From the NCBI GenBank assembly GCA_964531405.1, contig CAZHHK010000002.1:1-54529 (forward strand): 54,529 nucleotides of DNA. Reading direction: 5' to 3'. The notes under the pieces are model-generated. The model was not told where the DNA came from and did not search any database. It saw nothing but the letters and a program-made list of their open reading frames with translations. This DNA is from an uncultured Spirochaetales bacterium (lineage in GTDB: Bacteria > Spirochaetota > GWE2-31-10 > JAFGQB01). The position numbers and the translations under genes were made by a program. Shown here piece by piece: positions 17,450 through 27,117 of the stretch. The first letter of the stretch is position 1. Every line of letters begins with the position of its first letter.

Positions 17450-19048
17450 ATGAAAAAAATAATTATTCTTTTAATTGTAAAATTATTATTGTTATCCTTA
17501 ATTTATCCGCAGGATGATTATGACAAATTGTTTGATGATATAAACAAAGATAAAAAAGAAGATACTTCAGATGATAATATTTCCATACCGCAGTTTAAAT
17601 TTTCAATATTTGGTGATAATAAATTTAAATTCATGGTCCCGGTAACAAAGGATCATCTTGATTTTTATGGATATATCAAAGCGCCAAGATTTGAGAATGA
17701 ACTAGGCCTCCAGTTATCATATAAAACACTTAATGTAATAAGCGACTGGCAGATTGATATACGCCTCAATGAATTCGGTAGTATTGATAGTGTACTGCAA
17801 GTAAAGCCACGTGAAAACGCTATAAAATGGAGTCCATGGAAATTTAATATTAAAGCAGGATTCCAGTATTTTAACTGGGGAGTTGCTGATAAAATAAATC
17901 CAACAGACAATCTTAACCCTAAAGATTACCGGCTTGGTTTTGATGCAGAAAAATCCGCACTGCTTTCTGCCTATATTGGATTTTTCCCTTTTGATTTTAT
18001 GTCGATTGAAGCTGTATACGTCCCGTTTGAGCAATCGGATAAATTCCCTAAAGATTTTAAAAAAGAAATACCAAAAGAATTTTTTTATGGACAATCTCTT
18101 GACATTACAACCTTGCCTTTGCTAAATTTTGATATAGTAAAAAATAACAAAGATACTGATTATGAAAATTTGAAATTCGATCCATCTTCATTTTTACTCG
18201 GAGGTAAGTTAAATTTCTATTTCAGATATATTGATTTTAGTTTCAGCTATTTATACGACATTGATCCTTATTATACACCGGTTATCGATATAAAAAAAGA
18301 CAAAGTTGAAAATACTCCTTTTGGACCTATACCTGCTTACTATTTATATAGGGTCGACAGTATAATTTTAAAAAGAACCCGAATCCACAGGATAGGAAAC
18401 GATATCAAGGCTACGATTGATAGATTTGGCTTATGGCTGGAAGCATGTTACTCTATAACAGAAGATTATATTATGAACGATTATAAAATCAGAAATCATA
18501 ATTTAAGCTGGGCACTCGGTTTTGATTTTAATTATGGACCAAACAATGATTTTTATTTTAATCTTCAATATCTTGGAGAATATAACCCTCTATTTGATGA
18601 TAAATTTTATAAAGATTATGATGATGGTTATCCTGATATAAACAAGATTAGTGACAAAGATTATATGAAAAAATACTATTATAGGGCTATGGTAAATAAT
18701 CTCGGTACCGTAAGACAGGGATTACTTCACGGACTTGTACTAAATCTTAAATGGGCTGTGCTTGACTCTCTTCTTACCCCGTCAATTAAAATAGCTTATT
18801 TAATTCCTTTGATTTATGATTATGACCACGAAATAAGATATGGCAGTTTGTATATTAATCCAGAATTAGACATAATGCCAATTGATTCTTTTCATATAAA
18901 AATTGGCGCATCATTGTACTATTCATGGCATAAGATCAAAGGTGAAAATGTTGATATTGACTATGAAGACAAGATCGGCATGTTTTATTTTAATAATAAT
19001 ATTTATATAGCGATCAATTATAAATGGGATTTTGAGTGGAGGAAATAA
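17450..19048 (+). CDS. Putative outer-membrane beta-barrel protein, function unknown
   Basis: 532 aa with a signal peptide. It has alternating aromatic/hydrophilic beta-strand-like segments and an aromatic-rich C-terminus (INYKWDFEWRK). It is the last gene of the MarR-MMPL cluster. Confidence 0.5.
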   Translation: MKKIIILLIVKLLLLSLIYPQDDYDKLFDDINKDKKEDTSDDNISIPQFKFSIFGDNKFKFMVPVTKDHLDFYGYIKAPRFENELGLQLSYKTLNVISDWQIDIRLNEFGSIDSVLQVKPRENAIKWSPWKFNIKAGFQYFNWGVADKINPTDNLNPKDYRLGFDAEKSALLSAYIGFFPFDFMSIEAVYVPFEQSDKFPKDFKKEIPKEFFYGQSLDITTLPLLNFDIVKNNKDTDYENLKFDPSSFLLGGKLNFYFRYIDFSFSYLYDIDPYYTPVIDIKKDKVENTPFGPIPAYYLYRVDSIILKRTRIHRIGNDIKATIDRFGLWLEACYSITEDYIMNDYKIRNHNLSWALGFDFNYGPNNDFYFNLQYLGEYNPLFDDKFYKDYDDGYPDINKISDKDYMKKYYYRAMVNNLGTVRQGLLHGLVLNLKWAVLDSLLTPSIKIAYLIPLIYDYDHEIRYGSLYINPELDIMPIDSFHIKIGASLYYSWHKIKGENVDIDYEDKIGMFYFNNNIYIAINYKWDFEWRK

Positions 19049-19074
19049 AAAGAGGAAAGAATATTTTAAACAGG

Positions 19075-20196
19075 TTAATTATCAAAGACTTCATCATATA
19101 TTACTACTTGATTCCTGCCATGCTGTTTTGCATAATAAAGGGCTTTGTCAGCCCTCTGTATGATATCTTCATTGTTGTTGTCGCTCAATCTATACTCGGA
19201 TATCCCAACACTTATTGTAATATTAAAAACAGTGTTGGAAGCGCCTTTAAAATTAATTGTTTTAAGGTTATCCCTTAATCTATTAATAGGATATAATGTT
19301 TCTTTTGCCGTTGTTTCCGGAAGAATAACAACAAATTCTTCTCCGCCATATCTTCCTATAATGTCATTTTCTCTAAAATATTTTTTTAATAGATCACCAA
19401 GCGATTTTAATACCGCATCGCCAACTATATGTCCATGAGTATCATTAATCTTTTTAAAATGGTCAATGTCTAGCATTACACAAGAAAAAACAATCCTAAA
19501 TTTTTTAAGACTCTCGCAATTTTCGGTATTATTGATAAATTTTTCTTTTTTCCTGATAGTTCTGTTTAATTCGGCATCCATTGCCTCAAAAAGTGCCCGG
19601 CGATTAAGTATTTTTGTAAGATAATCCTGTTTGCTTAATTCATCAAGATTTTTATAGAGTTGCTCGATTTCATACTTTTGCTTATTAATTATCTCTGCAT
19701 CAACAATCGTCCTGAATGCATTTATTATATAATTTTCAAGCCTGTTTAAATCTCGCGTTCTTTGAAATACTATCTTCAAAAAAAAATATAACTGTTCGGA
19801 CAGAATTTTAGATCCTTTTTTGTGTCTGGCTAAAGGAAAAATAAAATTTTGGTCTTCCTCTATCGGCTGATTAGCTTTTTTTGCTGAATTTTGAATGCTA
19901 AAAAATAATAAATGAGGTTTTGTTATATTAAATTTTTCTGAAAAAAGTCTTTTTATCAAGATATCCAACTCAGAGTTGAATAATTTTTTATTGCATGCAA
20001 CAAGAACGTTTTCTTTTTTAATGTCTTTTAATTGATTGATTTTTTGAGATAATTTAGATAATTTTGTTATAATAAATTTAATTTCTTTATCTTTAAATTT
20101 TAATAAATCAATGTAATTTTCAAGACTATCTTCAATTATAAAGAGATATTTTGTATCTTCACTATATATTTTTTTAGATTTTCTGGTCTTTTTCAT
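19075..20196 (-). CDS. GGDEF-domain diguanylate cyclase with an uncharacterised N-terminal domain
   Basis: 373 aa. The C-terminal domain has LTKILNRRALF, DIDHFKKINDTHGH and RYGGEEF, with REND five residues upstream (I-site). The N-terminal ~190 aa carry no recognisable motif. Confidence 0.85.
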   Translation of the reverse strand: MKKTRKSKKIYSEDTKYLFIIEDSLENYIDLLKFKDKEIKFIITKLSKLSQKINQLKDIKKENVLVACNKKLFNSELDILIKRLFSEKFNITKPHLLFFSIQNSAKKANQPIEEDQNFIFPLARHKKGSKILSEQLYFFLKIVFQRTRDLNRLENYIINAFRTIVDAEIINKQKYEIEQLYKNLDELSKQDYLTKILNRRALFEAMDAELNRTIRKKEKFINNTENCESLKKFRIVFSCVMLDIDHFKKINDTHGHIVGDAVLKSLGDLLKKYFRENDIIGRYGGEEFVVILPETTAKETLYPINRLRDNLKTINFKGASNTVFNITISVGISEYRLSDNNNEDIIQRADKALYYAKQHGRNQVVIYDEVFDN

Positions 20197-20396
20197 AATT
20201 CTGATGTATAATAATATAAATATTAATTACTGTCAACTTTATATAAAATATGTTATTTTTAAAAATTATTTAATATTTATATTATTTCTTGAAAAATCTA
20301 AAATAATTTATTATTATATGAATTCATACAAATTAAAAGGACCAGTAAATACTTTATTTACTTTAAAAAATAAAAATATTAGGGAGGCTTCTTACG

Positions 20397-20888
20397 ATTA
20401 TTAATTATCAACCTGATACTCTTGGTTATTTAGATTTAACATTTGGACCAAAATGGGATTACATCCCTATCACAAAGAGTTATGTCGAAAATTTTCTTGC
20501 AATTAACCTAATTGACAAATCTAATATCAGTAAGATTGCAATGTCAGCTTCGGAGCTTCTTGAAAATGCCGTAAAGTTTTCCAATCATGACGGCATAAGA
20601 ATGATGATAAAAAAGGACAGTAAAAAGAATGAGATTGTACTGGTTGTGTTTAATTATTCGGCTAAAAAAGAAGCGGAATCATTGATTGAAAGAGTTGAAA
20701 CAATGAACAAGGAAGACCCCCTGCAGTATTATATAGCAAAGATGAAAGAATCAGCAATACGAGAAGATGGGAAATCATGCCTCGGGTTAGCCAGAATAAA
20801 CTATGAGGGTGAAGCAAAACTTGACGTAAAATATTTTGATGATGAAATAGTACAGGTCAAGGCAGTATTTAAGCTTAATAGCAAATAA
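20397..20888 (+). CDS. Small GHKL/HATPase-like regulatory protein (RsbW/anti-sigma-kinase-like), probable non-ATG start
   Basis: The ORF track gives only 20541..20888, but the frame is open back to the TAA at 20364. The upstream in-frame residues (IINYQPDTLGYLDLTFGPKWDYIPITKSYVENFLAINLID) look coding. A strong AGGGAGG RBS (20381-20387) is followed by ATT codons at 20397 and 20400. The N-box-like ELLENAVKFS supports a GHKL-like fold. Confidence 0.45.
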   Translation: MINYQPDTLGYLDLTFGPKWDYIPITKSYVENFLAINLIDKSNISKIAMSASELLENAVKFSNHDGIRMMIKKDSKKNEIVLVVFNYSAKKEAESLIERVETMNKEDPLQYYIAKMKESAIREDGKSCLGLARINYEGEAKLDVKYFDDEIVQVKAVFKLNSK

Positions 20889-20907
20889 CTATTCTTAATA
20901 GAATTCA

Positions 20908-21723
20908 ATGAAAAATAAACTTCCAATATATAAAATAGTATCATTTGATTTAGATGGCACTTTATTAAATGATAAATTAAAGCTTACAAAAGTAACAAAA
21001 GTTGGACTGTCAAAAATAATAAAATCAGGATATACATGTATCATCAACACGAGCAGGAATCTTGAAAGTACTTTATCAATAATCAAAGATTTACAAATCC
21101 CCTATTTAATATGTCTTAATGGCGCTTTAATTTATGATAATATTAATAAAAAAAATATTTTTATTAAAGCGATTAACAAAAATATTATATATAGGTTGAT
21201 AAAATTTTTAATAAAAAAACAAATTACAGCAAATATATTTTTAAAAGATAGTATTTATGCAACTGGAAAAGTCAACGGTATAAATAAAATTTACAGGGAA
21301 TCAATAAATCCTACAGTACTTAGTGAAAAAAATATTAATATTATTTGTAATAGTGATGTATTAAATATTGAATTAGTTATAAATAATAATGATTCCCGTA
21401 CTTTACTAAAATCTCTTATAAATAATTTTGCTGATTATATAAAAATATCTGAAGCAGGAAATAATTACTATGAAATTACTGAGAAATCGATTGATAAATT
21501 TAGAGCTCTTAAAATTTTATTGAATAAAATAAAAATGAAACTTAAGAATGTTATTTCGGTGGGTGATAGTATGAATGATTATTTACTGATAAAAAAAAGT
21601 GGGGTGGGGATCGCGATGAAAAACAGTAGTCTCAAAGTAAAAAGTATCGCTGATGAAATAACGATGTACACTAATAACAACAACGGCGCTATCATTCATA
21701 TAATCGAAAAATTGTCATTATAA
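20908..21723 (+). CDS. Cof-type HAD-IIB family hydrolase (sugar phosphatase-like)
   Basis: 271 aa. Contains FDLDGTLL (motif I), NTSR (motif II) and GDSMNDYLLIK (motif IV), with a cap domain between them. Confidence 0.8.
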   Translation: MKNKLPIYKIVSFDLDGTLLNDKLKLTKVTKVGLSKIIKSGYTCIINTSRNLESTLSIIKDLQIPYLICLNGALIYDNINKKNIFIKAINKNIIYRLIKFLIKKQITANIFLKDSIYATGKVNGINKIYRESINPTVLSEKNINIICNSDVLNIELVINNNDSRTLLKSLINNFADYIKISEAGNNYYEITEKSIDKFRALKILLNKIKMKLKNVISVGDSMNDYLLIKKSGVGIAMKNSSLKVKSIADEITMYTNNNNGAIIHIIEKLSL

Positions 21724-21969
21724 AATTTTTATAATGTAATGAGGAAAGCCCACAAAAAAAACACAAGAGCATAATATTTGTTGTTTTTAGGCAGATAAAC
21801 TTAAAGCAGATTTTGCAAGAATTTTTACTTTTAGTCACTCTTAACAAAAAGATAGCAAATGATCTATTTAGCTTGAATTTCTGTGATATAAGTAATATAA
21901 ATCAATATGATATTTATAATTCTCCATAGGTTTTTAAGGAATAAAAAAATTATTCCGAAATAGATATAT

Positions 21970-23859
21970 ATGAAAAGAAATCTAATTATTATCATTCTAT
22001 CAAATTCCATTTCACTTATATTAATAATTCTTTTTTTAATAACAGCTATTGCAGGAACATCAAAAAGAAATAAAATAATAAATTCAATATATTTTATTGA
22101 TGCAGGCAAATATTATTCAAATCAGATGAAAACGAAAGAAAAAGAGATTGAGGAAACACCAAAATATATAATTGCTGCACGAATCAATAAAAACATTGAA
22201 TACGAAGCAAAAAATATTACTACTTCAAAAAATTATAATGAAATATTGAATGAATTTTTAGATGAGATTAAAATCAATAATTCAAAGAATATATTTAGGC
22301 CCATAAATAATTATGAATATATCACAGATTACAGGATTGTAAACAACAACCTTGCTCTTATACTCACCGATAAAAGCATTTACATAAAAAACGGAGAAAA
22401 ATGGGAATATGTTTCTTTAAAGGGAATAAATAAAACGCTATATTTTCAGACTGGAGAAATATTCTTTTATAACAATGAACCGTATATAATAGTAGGTACT
22501 TCCTACTCCGGTGTTTTTTATAAAAAGATTTCAGATAAACTATTAAAGGAATTAAATACCGGAGTCCAGAGCCAATTTGCTACAGACAGCAAGCTGAATT
22601 TTTTTGAAACTATAAGCAAAATCTATGCAGATGAAAAAAATATTTTTTTAGGTTATAAATTTTCCAAGGGTATCGACATAATGAGCATTGAAGATCTTGT
22701 AAAAAATAAAAATCCCTCTTTTGTAAAAACAAAAGTCACTTTATCACATGATGTTTCCGAAAACATAGAATCATTCTACAAAAATGACAACAACCTGTTT
22801 GCCGATACAAATTATGCTGTCTACAAATATGACCCGACTAATTCTAGCTGGAATATAATCAACAAAAAGAAATCAACTGTAATCATAAAAAAAACCAATA
22901 TAATCGGTATTTATCTTAATCCTTACTCTATAAGCTCTACAAAAAAAATCGATAACTATATTGCAATGAGTAATGCTCTAGGAATAAACGCTTTTGTAAT
23001 AGATTTTAAAGATGATTGGGGCAATATTACATACTCATCCGATATCGAATTTGCAAAAACTATCGGCTCAGTAAAAAAAATAATCGACATAGATTATTTA
23101 ATCAAAAGATGCAGAGAAAATAAAATTAAAATCATTGCTCGAGTAGTTTCATTCAAGGACGGATTTGCCTATGACTACAACAACAACGAGTATGCTTTAT
23201 GGGATTATAAAAATGATAAGGCATGGCTTGGTCCCAAAGATGATAAATGGATTGATCCTTATAATGAAGATTACCGTAAATATCTAATAGAGGTTGGCAA
23301 GGAGCTTGAAGGCAAAGGCGTAGATGAAATACAGTATGATTATGTTAGGTTCCCTTCAGACGGAGAAATCGGCAATATCCAGTACAGGTATAGGAAGGAC
23401 GGCTACAGTAAAAATTTCATCCTATACAAATTCTTTAGCGAAGCAAAACATGAATTAAGCATACCTTTGTCTGCCGATTTTTACGGATACAACTGCTGGT
23501 ATTCAATCTGTGCAAATGTAGGACAGGATATATCATTAATTTCAAAAAGCATAGACATCGTTTATCCTATGTACTATCCTTCGCATTTTGTTGATGGATT
23601 TTATGAAAAAGATTTAAAACAATATGAAAGAAATTATTATCTTTACTATCATGGCATCTTAAGAGCTTATGATAATTCAAAATATAAAATTGAGGTAAGA
23701 CCATGGATACAAATATTTAATATTAAAGTAGATATACCTTTAAAAGACTATATTACCTCACAAATAGAAGGATTAAAAAAAGCAGATATTAATTCCTATA
23801 TTTTCTGGAGCGCATCAAGCAATTATAAAATATTATATGATGTAATAACTAAAAAATAA
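21970..23859 (+). CDS. Membrane-anchored putative glycoside hydrolase (DUF4015-like TIM-barrel) with a ~300-aa N-terminal extension
   Basis: 629 aa with an N-terminal TM. The C-terminal half has GINAFVIDFKDDWG, RVVSFKD, WIDPYNEDYRKYLIEVGKEL, GVDEIQYDYVRFP and YPMYYPSHF, which I recognise as the DUF4015 putative glycosyl hydrolase pattern. Confidence 0.6.
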   Translation: MKRNLIIIILSNSISLILIILFLITAIAGTSKRNKIINSIYFIDAGKYYSNQMKTKEKEIEETPKYIIAARINKNIEYEAKNITTSKNYNEILNEFLDEIKINNSKNIFRPINNYEYITDYRIVNNNLALILTDKSIYIKNGEKWEYVSLKGINKTLYFQTGEIFFYNNEPYIIVGTSYSGVFYKKISDKLLKELNTGVQSQFATDSKLNFFETISKIYADEKNIFLGYKFSKGIDIMSIEDLVKNKNPSFVKTKVTLSHDVSENIESFYKNDNNLFADTNYAVYKYDPTNSSWNIINKKKSTVIIKKTNIIGIYLNPYSISSTKKIDNYIAMSNALGINAFVIDFKDDWGNITYSSDIEFAKTIGSVKKIIDIDYLIKRCRENKIKIIARVVSFKDGFAYDYNNNEYALWDYKNDKAWLGPKDDKWIDPYNEDYRKYLIEVGKELEGKGVDEIQYDYVRFPSDGEIGNIQYRYRKDGYSKNFILYKFFSEAKHELSIPLSADFYGYNCWYSICANVGQDISLISKSIDIVYPMYYPSHFVDGFYEKDLKQYERNYYLYYHGILRAYDNSKYKIEVRPWIQIFNIKVDIPLKDYITSQIEGLKKADINSYIFWSASSNYKILYDVITKK

Positions 23860-23964
23860 CTTAAAGTTTGTTGTTTATCCAATTTTATTAGTATTTTTTA
23901 TTAAGTTATCGATATGTTAAATTTTGATATTAGGAATAGTTATTTAGCAAAGATGGTACATGTT

Positions 23965-25809
23965 TTATGACAATTGCTCATTAAATAACATTTCTTCGAA
24001 TCTTTTTGATTCACGTTCGTATTCTTTAACGACTTCATCATATTCTTTGTAAAATTCTTTAATTTTGTTTTCAAGTCTATGAATTTCTTTTGACAGATCA
24101 GCAATTTTATCGGCATTTTTACCAGAAGATGCTTCTATTAATTCCTCTTCAAGATTTTTATAATTATCCTCCATTTTGATTATTTCCTGCTCGATCATAT
24201 TGTATCTTTTTTCAATCGGCTTTAATACTTTTGATTTTTCCTCGATTATCGCCGCACGTATCTTTCGAATATCTTTTTTATTCCGGACAGTTTCAGGATC
24301 TTCTTCAATAATTTTATTCTGTTTTTCACTAACCCAGCCGACTTTCTCGAGAAAATCACTGTATTTGTTTTCATAAACAAAAGTTTTTCCTCCGTCAAAT
24401 ACGATCAAACGTTCGGCAATTGCATGAAGAAACATCTCATTATGTGTAACTATCACAACAGCTCCATCAAAATCATCGAGGCTTGCAAGAAGTGCATCGC
24501 ATGACTCCATATCAAGGTGATTTGTTGGTTCATCAAGGAGAAGTATATTTACAGGTTTTGACAAAATTTTTGCAAGCAATACCCTGCTTTTTTCACCTCC
24601 AGATAAAATTTTTATCTTTTTAAAAACATCATCTTCCTCAAACAGCATCGCCCCACAAATCTTTCGCGCTTCAAGTTCAGTATTTTCAGGATTAAATGAA
24701 AGTATTTCATCTAACACAGTATTTTCCTGATGAAGCTGAGGCTTGTTAGTCTGTCCGAAATAGCCAGCTTTAAATTGGGAATGTTTTTTTATCTTGCCGC
24801 ATTGAGGAGTTAATTCACCTTGAAGTAGTTTAAGCAAAGTTGATTTACCTTTGCCGTTTGGACCTATTATAGCAATTCTATCTTTTTTGCCTATATAAAA
24901 ACTTAAATCTTTTATAAGAGGATTATCTTCTTTATAGCCAAATGTCAAATTACTTACTTCCATTAATCTTGGAGGTTCAAAATCTTCATATTTAAATCTG
25001 AAATCTAAATTTTTTATTTGTTCAAGCCTTTCTTTTTTTTCTTGTTTAGCAAGCATTTTAATCCTGGATTGGATTAACCCAGCAAGCCTTGCTTTTGCTC
25101 TAAATTTGCTTATGTATATTTCAGCCTGTTCACGTTTTTTATCATCATTGATTCTCTGTTTTTCGTATATTTCTTCTTCCTGTGCAATCTGAATATAAAG
25201 TTTTGACGTATCACCCGCAATTTTTTTTATTTTTTTCCTGTGAATCGCCATTGTATGAGTAACAATCTGATCCATGAAGCTTCTGTCATGGGTTACCAGA
25301 ATAAGTTCACCCTTCCATTCTTTTAAGAATTTTTCAAGATAACGGATTGAAGTAATATCAAGAAAATTTGTAGGTTCATCAAGAATCAGCATATTTGAAG
25401 ATGACAAAAGTGTTTTTGCGAGATTCAATCTTACCATGAATCCACCTGATATCTGCATTGGATTTTTTGTTATGTCTTCACTTGAAAAACCCAATCCAAA
25501 AAGTATTTTTTCTGCTTTCCAGACTTCCTGTTTTTCATCTTCAGCAAGGCCCTTTATGCATTCTTCGATTACCGATTTTTCTGTGAACTCGATATTCTGT
25601 TTTAGATATCCGATTTTATAATTTTTTGGCATCGATATTGTGCCGCTGTCATGCTCCTCTTCACCAATTAAAATTTTCAGGAGAGTTGTTTTACCAAAGC
25701 CATTCCTCCCTACCAATCCGACTTTCTCTCCAGAGTTTATCTGAAAGCTAACATCATCAAGGAGGAGTCGTCCTGCAAAAGTTTTTGTCAAATTACTACA
25801 CTGAATCAT
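23965..25809 (-). CDS. ABC-F family ATPase (two ABC domains, C-terminal coiled coil)
   Basis: 614 aa. It has two Walker A motifs (GRNGFGKTT, GPNGKGKST), two signature motifs (ISGGFMVR, LSGGEKSR) and Walker B motifs (LILDEPTN, LLLDEPTN). There is no TM domain, and the tail is K/E-rich. Confidence 0.85.
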   Translation of the reverse strand: MIQCSNLTKTFAGRLLLDDVSFQINSGEKVGLVGRNGFGKTTLLKILIGEEEHDSGTISMPKNYKIGYLKQNIEFTEKSVIEECIKGLAEDEKQEVWKAEKILFGLGFSSEDITKNPMQISGGFMVRLNLAKTLLSSSNMLILDEPTNFLDITSIRYLEKFLKEWKGELILVTHDRSFMDQIVTHTMAIHRKKIKKIAGDTSKLYIQIAQEEEIYEKQRINDDKKREQAEIYISKFRAKARLAGLIQSRIKMLAKQEKKERLEQIKNLDFRFKYEDFEPPRLMEVSNLTFGYKEDNPLIKDLSFYIGKKDRIAIIGPNGKGKSTLLKLLQGELTPQCGKIKKHSQFKAGYFGQTNKPQLHQENTVLDEILSFNPENTELEARKICGAMLFEEDDVFKKIKILSGGEKSRVLLAKILSKPVNILLLDEPTNHLDMESCDALLASLDDFDGAVVIVTHNEMFLHAIAERLIVFDGGKTFVYENKYSDFLEKVGWVSEKQNKIIEEDPETVRNKKDIRKIRAAIIEEKSKVLKPIEKRYNMIEQEIIKMEDNYKNLEEELIEASSGKNADKIADLSKEIHRLENKIKEFYKEYDEVVKEYERESKRFEEMLFNEQLS

Positions 25810-26060
25810 AATAAAGTTTTTATAATTAATAAAATCAAATGAGTCAATAATATAGTTAAATAATAATAAAAATTTATTGATATTTATCCTTTATTAATTT
25901 ATAAAAACTATACCATTAAATAAAAGGTATTATCACCTTTCACTAAAGCACTCAATCAAGATTATAATTGTAATACTATAATTTTATTTTTGATTGAGTA
26001 CTTTAACTGACAAATAAAATACTTTTAAATATAAAGATAAAAATAATTTGAGAGGTATTT

Positions 26061-27107
26061 ATGACTCAAAACAATTTTTTAATTACTGGCGGCTCGGGTT
26101 TTTTGGGAATCAATATGATAAGATTCTTATTGAATAAAAAAATAAAGAATATAACATCTCTTGATATAGCACCTTTTGATTATCCTGAAAAAAACAAGAT
26201 AAAAATAGTAACCGGAGATATAAGAGATAAAACTATTGTTAACAAATTTATGAAAGGTATCGATGTTGTAATTCATACTGCAGCAGCTTTACCCTTATAT
26301 AAAAAAGAAGACATTTTTTCAACCGAAGTTGAAGGTACAAAAATACTTTTAGAAAGCGCATTTAAAAACAAAGTACAAAGATTCATACATATATCCTCAA
26401 CTGCTGTTTATGGAGTACCGGATCATCACCCATTATATGAAACAGATAAATTGATAGGAGTCGGACCCTATGGAGAGGCTAAAATATTGGCAGAAAATGT
26501 ATGTCTTGAATATAGAAAGAAAGGGATGTGTGTACCGATTATCAGACCTAAGTCATTCATAGGTCCCGAAAGACTTGGAGTTTTTGCCTTATTTTATGAT
26601 TGGGCAAAAGACAAAAAAAATTTCCCAATGATAGGCAGCGGGAAAAACAGGTATCAGCTTCTTGATGTTGAGGATCTTTGTGAATCAATTTATCTATGTG
26701 TAACAAAAAATAAAAAAATCGTAAACGATACATTTAATATTGGAGCTAAAGAGTTTACTACAATGAAAGAAGATTATCAGGCTGTACTGGATTATGCAGG
26801 GTATAAAAAAAAGATAATAAGTTTTCCAGCGACACCTGTTATCATAGGCTTAAAATTACTCGAGGCGTTAAAGCTCTCTCCATTGTATAAATGGGTTTAT
26901 GAAACCGCAAGCAAAGATTCATTCGTATCTATAGAAAAAGCCGAAAAGATTCTAGGATTCAAGCCAAAATATTCAAACAAAGATGCTTTAATCAGAAATT
27001 ATAAATGGTATCTGGAAAATCTTGATAAGTTTAAGGATCAATCTGGTATTTCTCACAGAGTACCGTGGAACCAGGGTATATTAAAGATAGTCAAATTGTT
27101 TTTTTAA
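26061..27107 (+). CDS. NAD-dependent epimerase/dehydratase (extended SDR)
   Basis: 348 aa. Contains TGGSGFLG (Rossmann), ISSTAVYG and YGEAK (YxxxK). Confidence 0.8.
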   Translation: MTQNNFLITGGSGFLGINMIRFLLNKKIKNITSLDIAPFDYPEKNKIKIVTGDIRDKTIVNKFMKGIDVVIHTAAALPLYKKEDIFSTEVEGTKILLESAFKNKVQRFIHISSTAVYGVPDHHPLYETDKLIGVGPYGEAKILAENVCLEYRKKGMCVPIIRPKSFIGPERLGVFALFYDWAKDKKNFPMIGSGKNRYQLLDVEDLCESIYLCVTKNKKIVNDTFNIGAKEFTTMKEDYQAVLDYAGYKKKIISFPATPVIIGLKLLEALKLSPLYKWVYETASKDSFVSIEKAEKILGFKPKYSNKDALIRNYKWYLENLDKFKDQSGISHRVPWNQGILKIVKLFF

Positions 27108-27117
27108 AATGAATAAA

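Noticed and set aside
17665-18094. Two minus-strand ORFs (81 and 125 aa) inside the outer-membrane protein gene
   Set aside because: These antisense ORFs lie within a 532-aa gene that has a signal peptide and operon context. They have no independent support.
20204-20404. 66-aa ORF in the AT-rich divergent region
   Set aside because: It is an extreme AT composition artefact (N/Y/I/K only), in a different frame from the downstream gene, and it overlaps that gene's RBS.
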